The notes under the pieces were generated by a model that was not told the DNA's origin, searched no databases, and saw only the letters and a list, made by a program, of their open reading frames with translations. Made by a program: the position numbers and the translations under genes. From Epiperipatus broadwayi (Eukaryota > Animalia > Onychophora), in contig JAQFVV010000007.1 in NCBI GenBank assembly GCA_028023455.1, positions 16,864,001 to 16,928,000 of the forward strand: a DNA stretch of 64,000 nt, given 5' to 3'. Position 1 is the first letter of the stretch. Every line of letters begins with the position of its first letter. Positions 62,684 through 64,000 of the stretch are shown here, in pieces.

Positions 62684-64000
62684 CTTTTTAATTTATTGAT
62701 TTTTTGTTGAAGTATATATATATACATTATTTTTATCTCAAATCTAATAAAATTAAGGGATATTAATAAAATTGAACTTGTTTTTAATTATTTGTACCTG
62801 GGGACAGAACCAGTTTCAGGAATAGCTAGAAAGTTTCCAGAGTTTTAGAAAACATAGCACCTAATGTCAAATCATGATTGACAAAACTATTTAGCAACAT
62901 TATTCATATAGAAATTATTCCAAAACAAGGCATAGCAAAGTCTTGAAACTAATATAACTGAACAATGGTCCAAACAATAATCAACTGATATATTTTTTTA
63001 ATTTTCCAAAAACTGCTTCAAAGAATAATCTTAAGAATTAACCAATAATTGAGAGATATCTATCTATAGAGCAGGTTGGATTTATGATGGGAAGTTGTTA
63101 TGAACAGGTTTTAGCTTAAATAATGTACACAAAAAGGGCTTTAAAATAAGCTAAGACTAATACTATCTTCAGTGGTCTAACATCAGCTTATGATTCTGTT
63201 TAGATAAATGATCTCTTGTCAAAAGCCTCTAAGAATCCTTAAATATACAAAAATCAATAATTTACATAATAAATTTGTCTCCAATAAAAAATTTCAAATT
63301 TCTCTAAATAAATGTAGAGGATACAAAATTTTGCAGAGTCTCATGAACCTATTTAAGTCTGCTTCCGTACAGAAACCTCATTTTCTATAGTGTTTCTTAA
63401 GATAATACTCCCGTCTTATAGAAAATGTATAAAAAGCTATTAATCAGATATATGGCACTAATTCAAGAGCAGTTCCATAAATTAAAACAAGAGTAGCCAA
63501 AATATGTTTAGAACATTCTACCAATGTGAAGCCAATAATTTCTAATTCTGAATAAGATGACTTATCTCTAGAAATTATTCTTAAAGTATTTGAAGTGGTT
63601 TAAACATTCAATGTTGTTTTCTAATGTTACTAAAGTATTTCTTACACTAACTTTTTTAAAAAATAGAAATCGCAATTACAGTCATTTCATCACGTGATGA
63701 TATTCAGGTATATAAAAAAGAATCATTTTTTAATTCTCTTATATTTGAAAAAAAAAAACAACATACTGCGATCTTAAAATACCTATTTTTATTTTTAATT
63801 ATGTTTTCGTGTTGCATAACTTAAATACCATCCTGAGGTGAAAAAAAAAAACACCCAAAGTGGTTTAATTTATACAATTTACAGATGTAAAAGAAAAAAA
63901 CTTAGTGAAATAGATAATAAAAATAAAAAAACACCTGTTGAACTCAATTGCCAATCGCGGTTCAAACGTCGCGTGAATTCCAAACAACTGATCAAAAGAT

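Overview
Strongly AT-rich eukaryotic genomic DNA, most likely from an invertebrate animal; the species cannot be fixed from sequence alone. Only two convincing host CDS were found: a divergently oriented pair of paralogous, coding-intronless ~150-aa Pro/Cys/Tyr-rich proteins (32685-33140 minus; 45997-46446 plus). They carry a GYxGxIPR motif reminiscent of FAM166/CIMIP2 microtubule inner proteins. The rest is mostly mobile-element debris: a near-full-length frameshifted L1/Tx1-like LINE (~51.0-56.2 kb), RTE fragments, a pogo/Tigger remnant, hAT and other MITEs, two tRNA-like copies, and a processed mRpS18C pseudogene inserted in an RTE. The most striking feature is about 20 minimal type-I hammerhead ribozyme motifs, three with an intact catalytic core and good helices (7872, 23039, 25785). 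They belong to several ~400-480-nt non-coding repeat families. Many of these repeats form fold-back units (inverted plus tandem copies) bounded by 13-19-bp direct repeats. A decayed Penelope-type GIY-YIG endonuclease region lies at ~39.9-40.4 kb. Together this suggests a Penelope-dependent retrozyme-like system. Ribozyme activity, expression and novelty are inferred and have not been tested. Most short ORFs in the supplied track look like AT-rich noise or transposon fragments.
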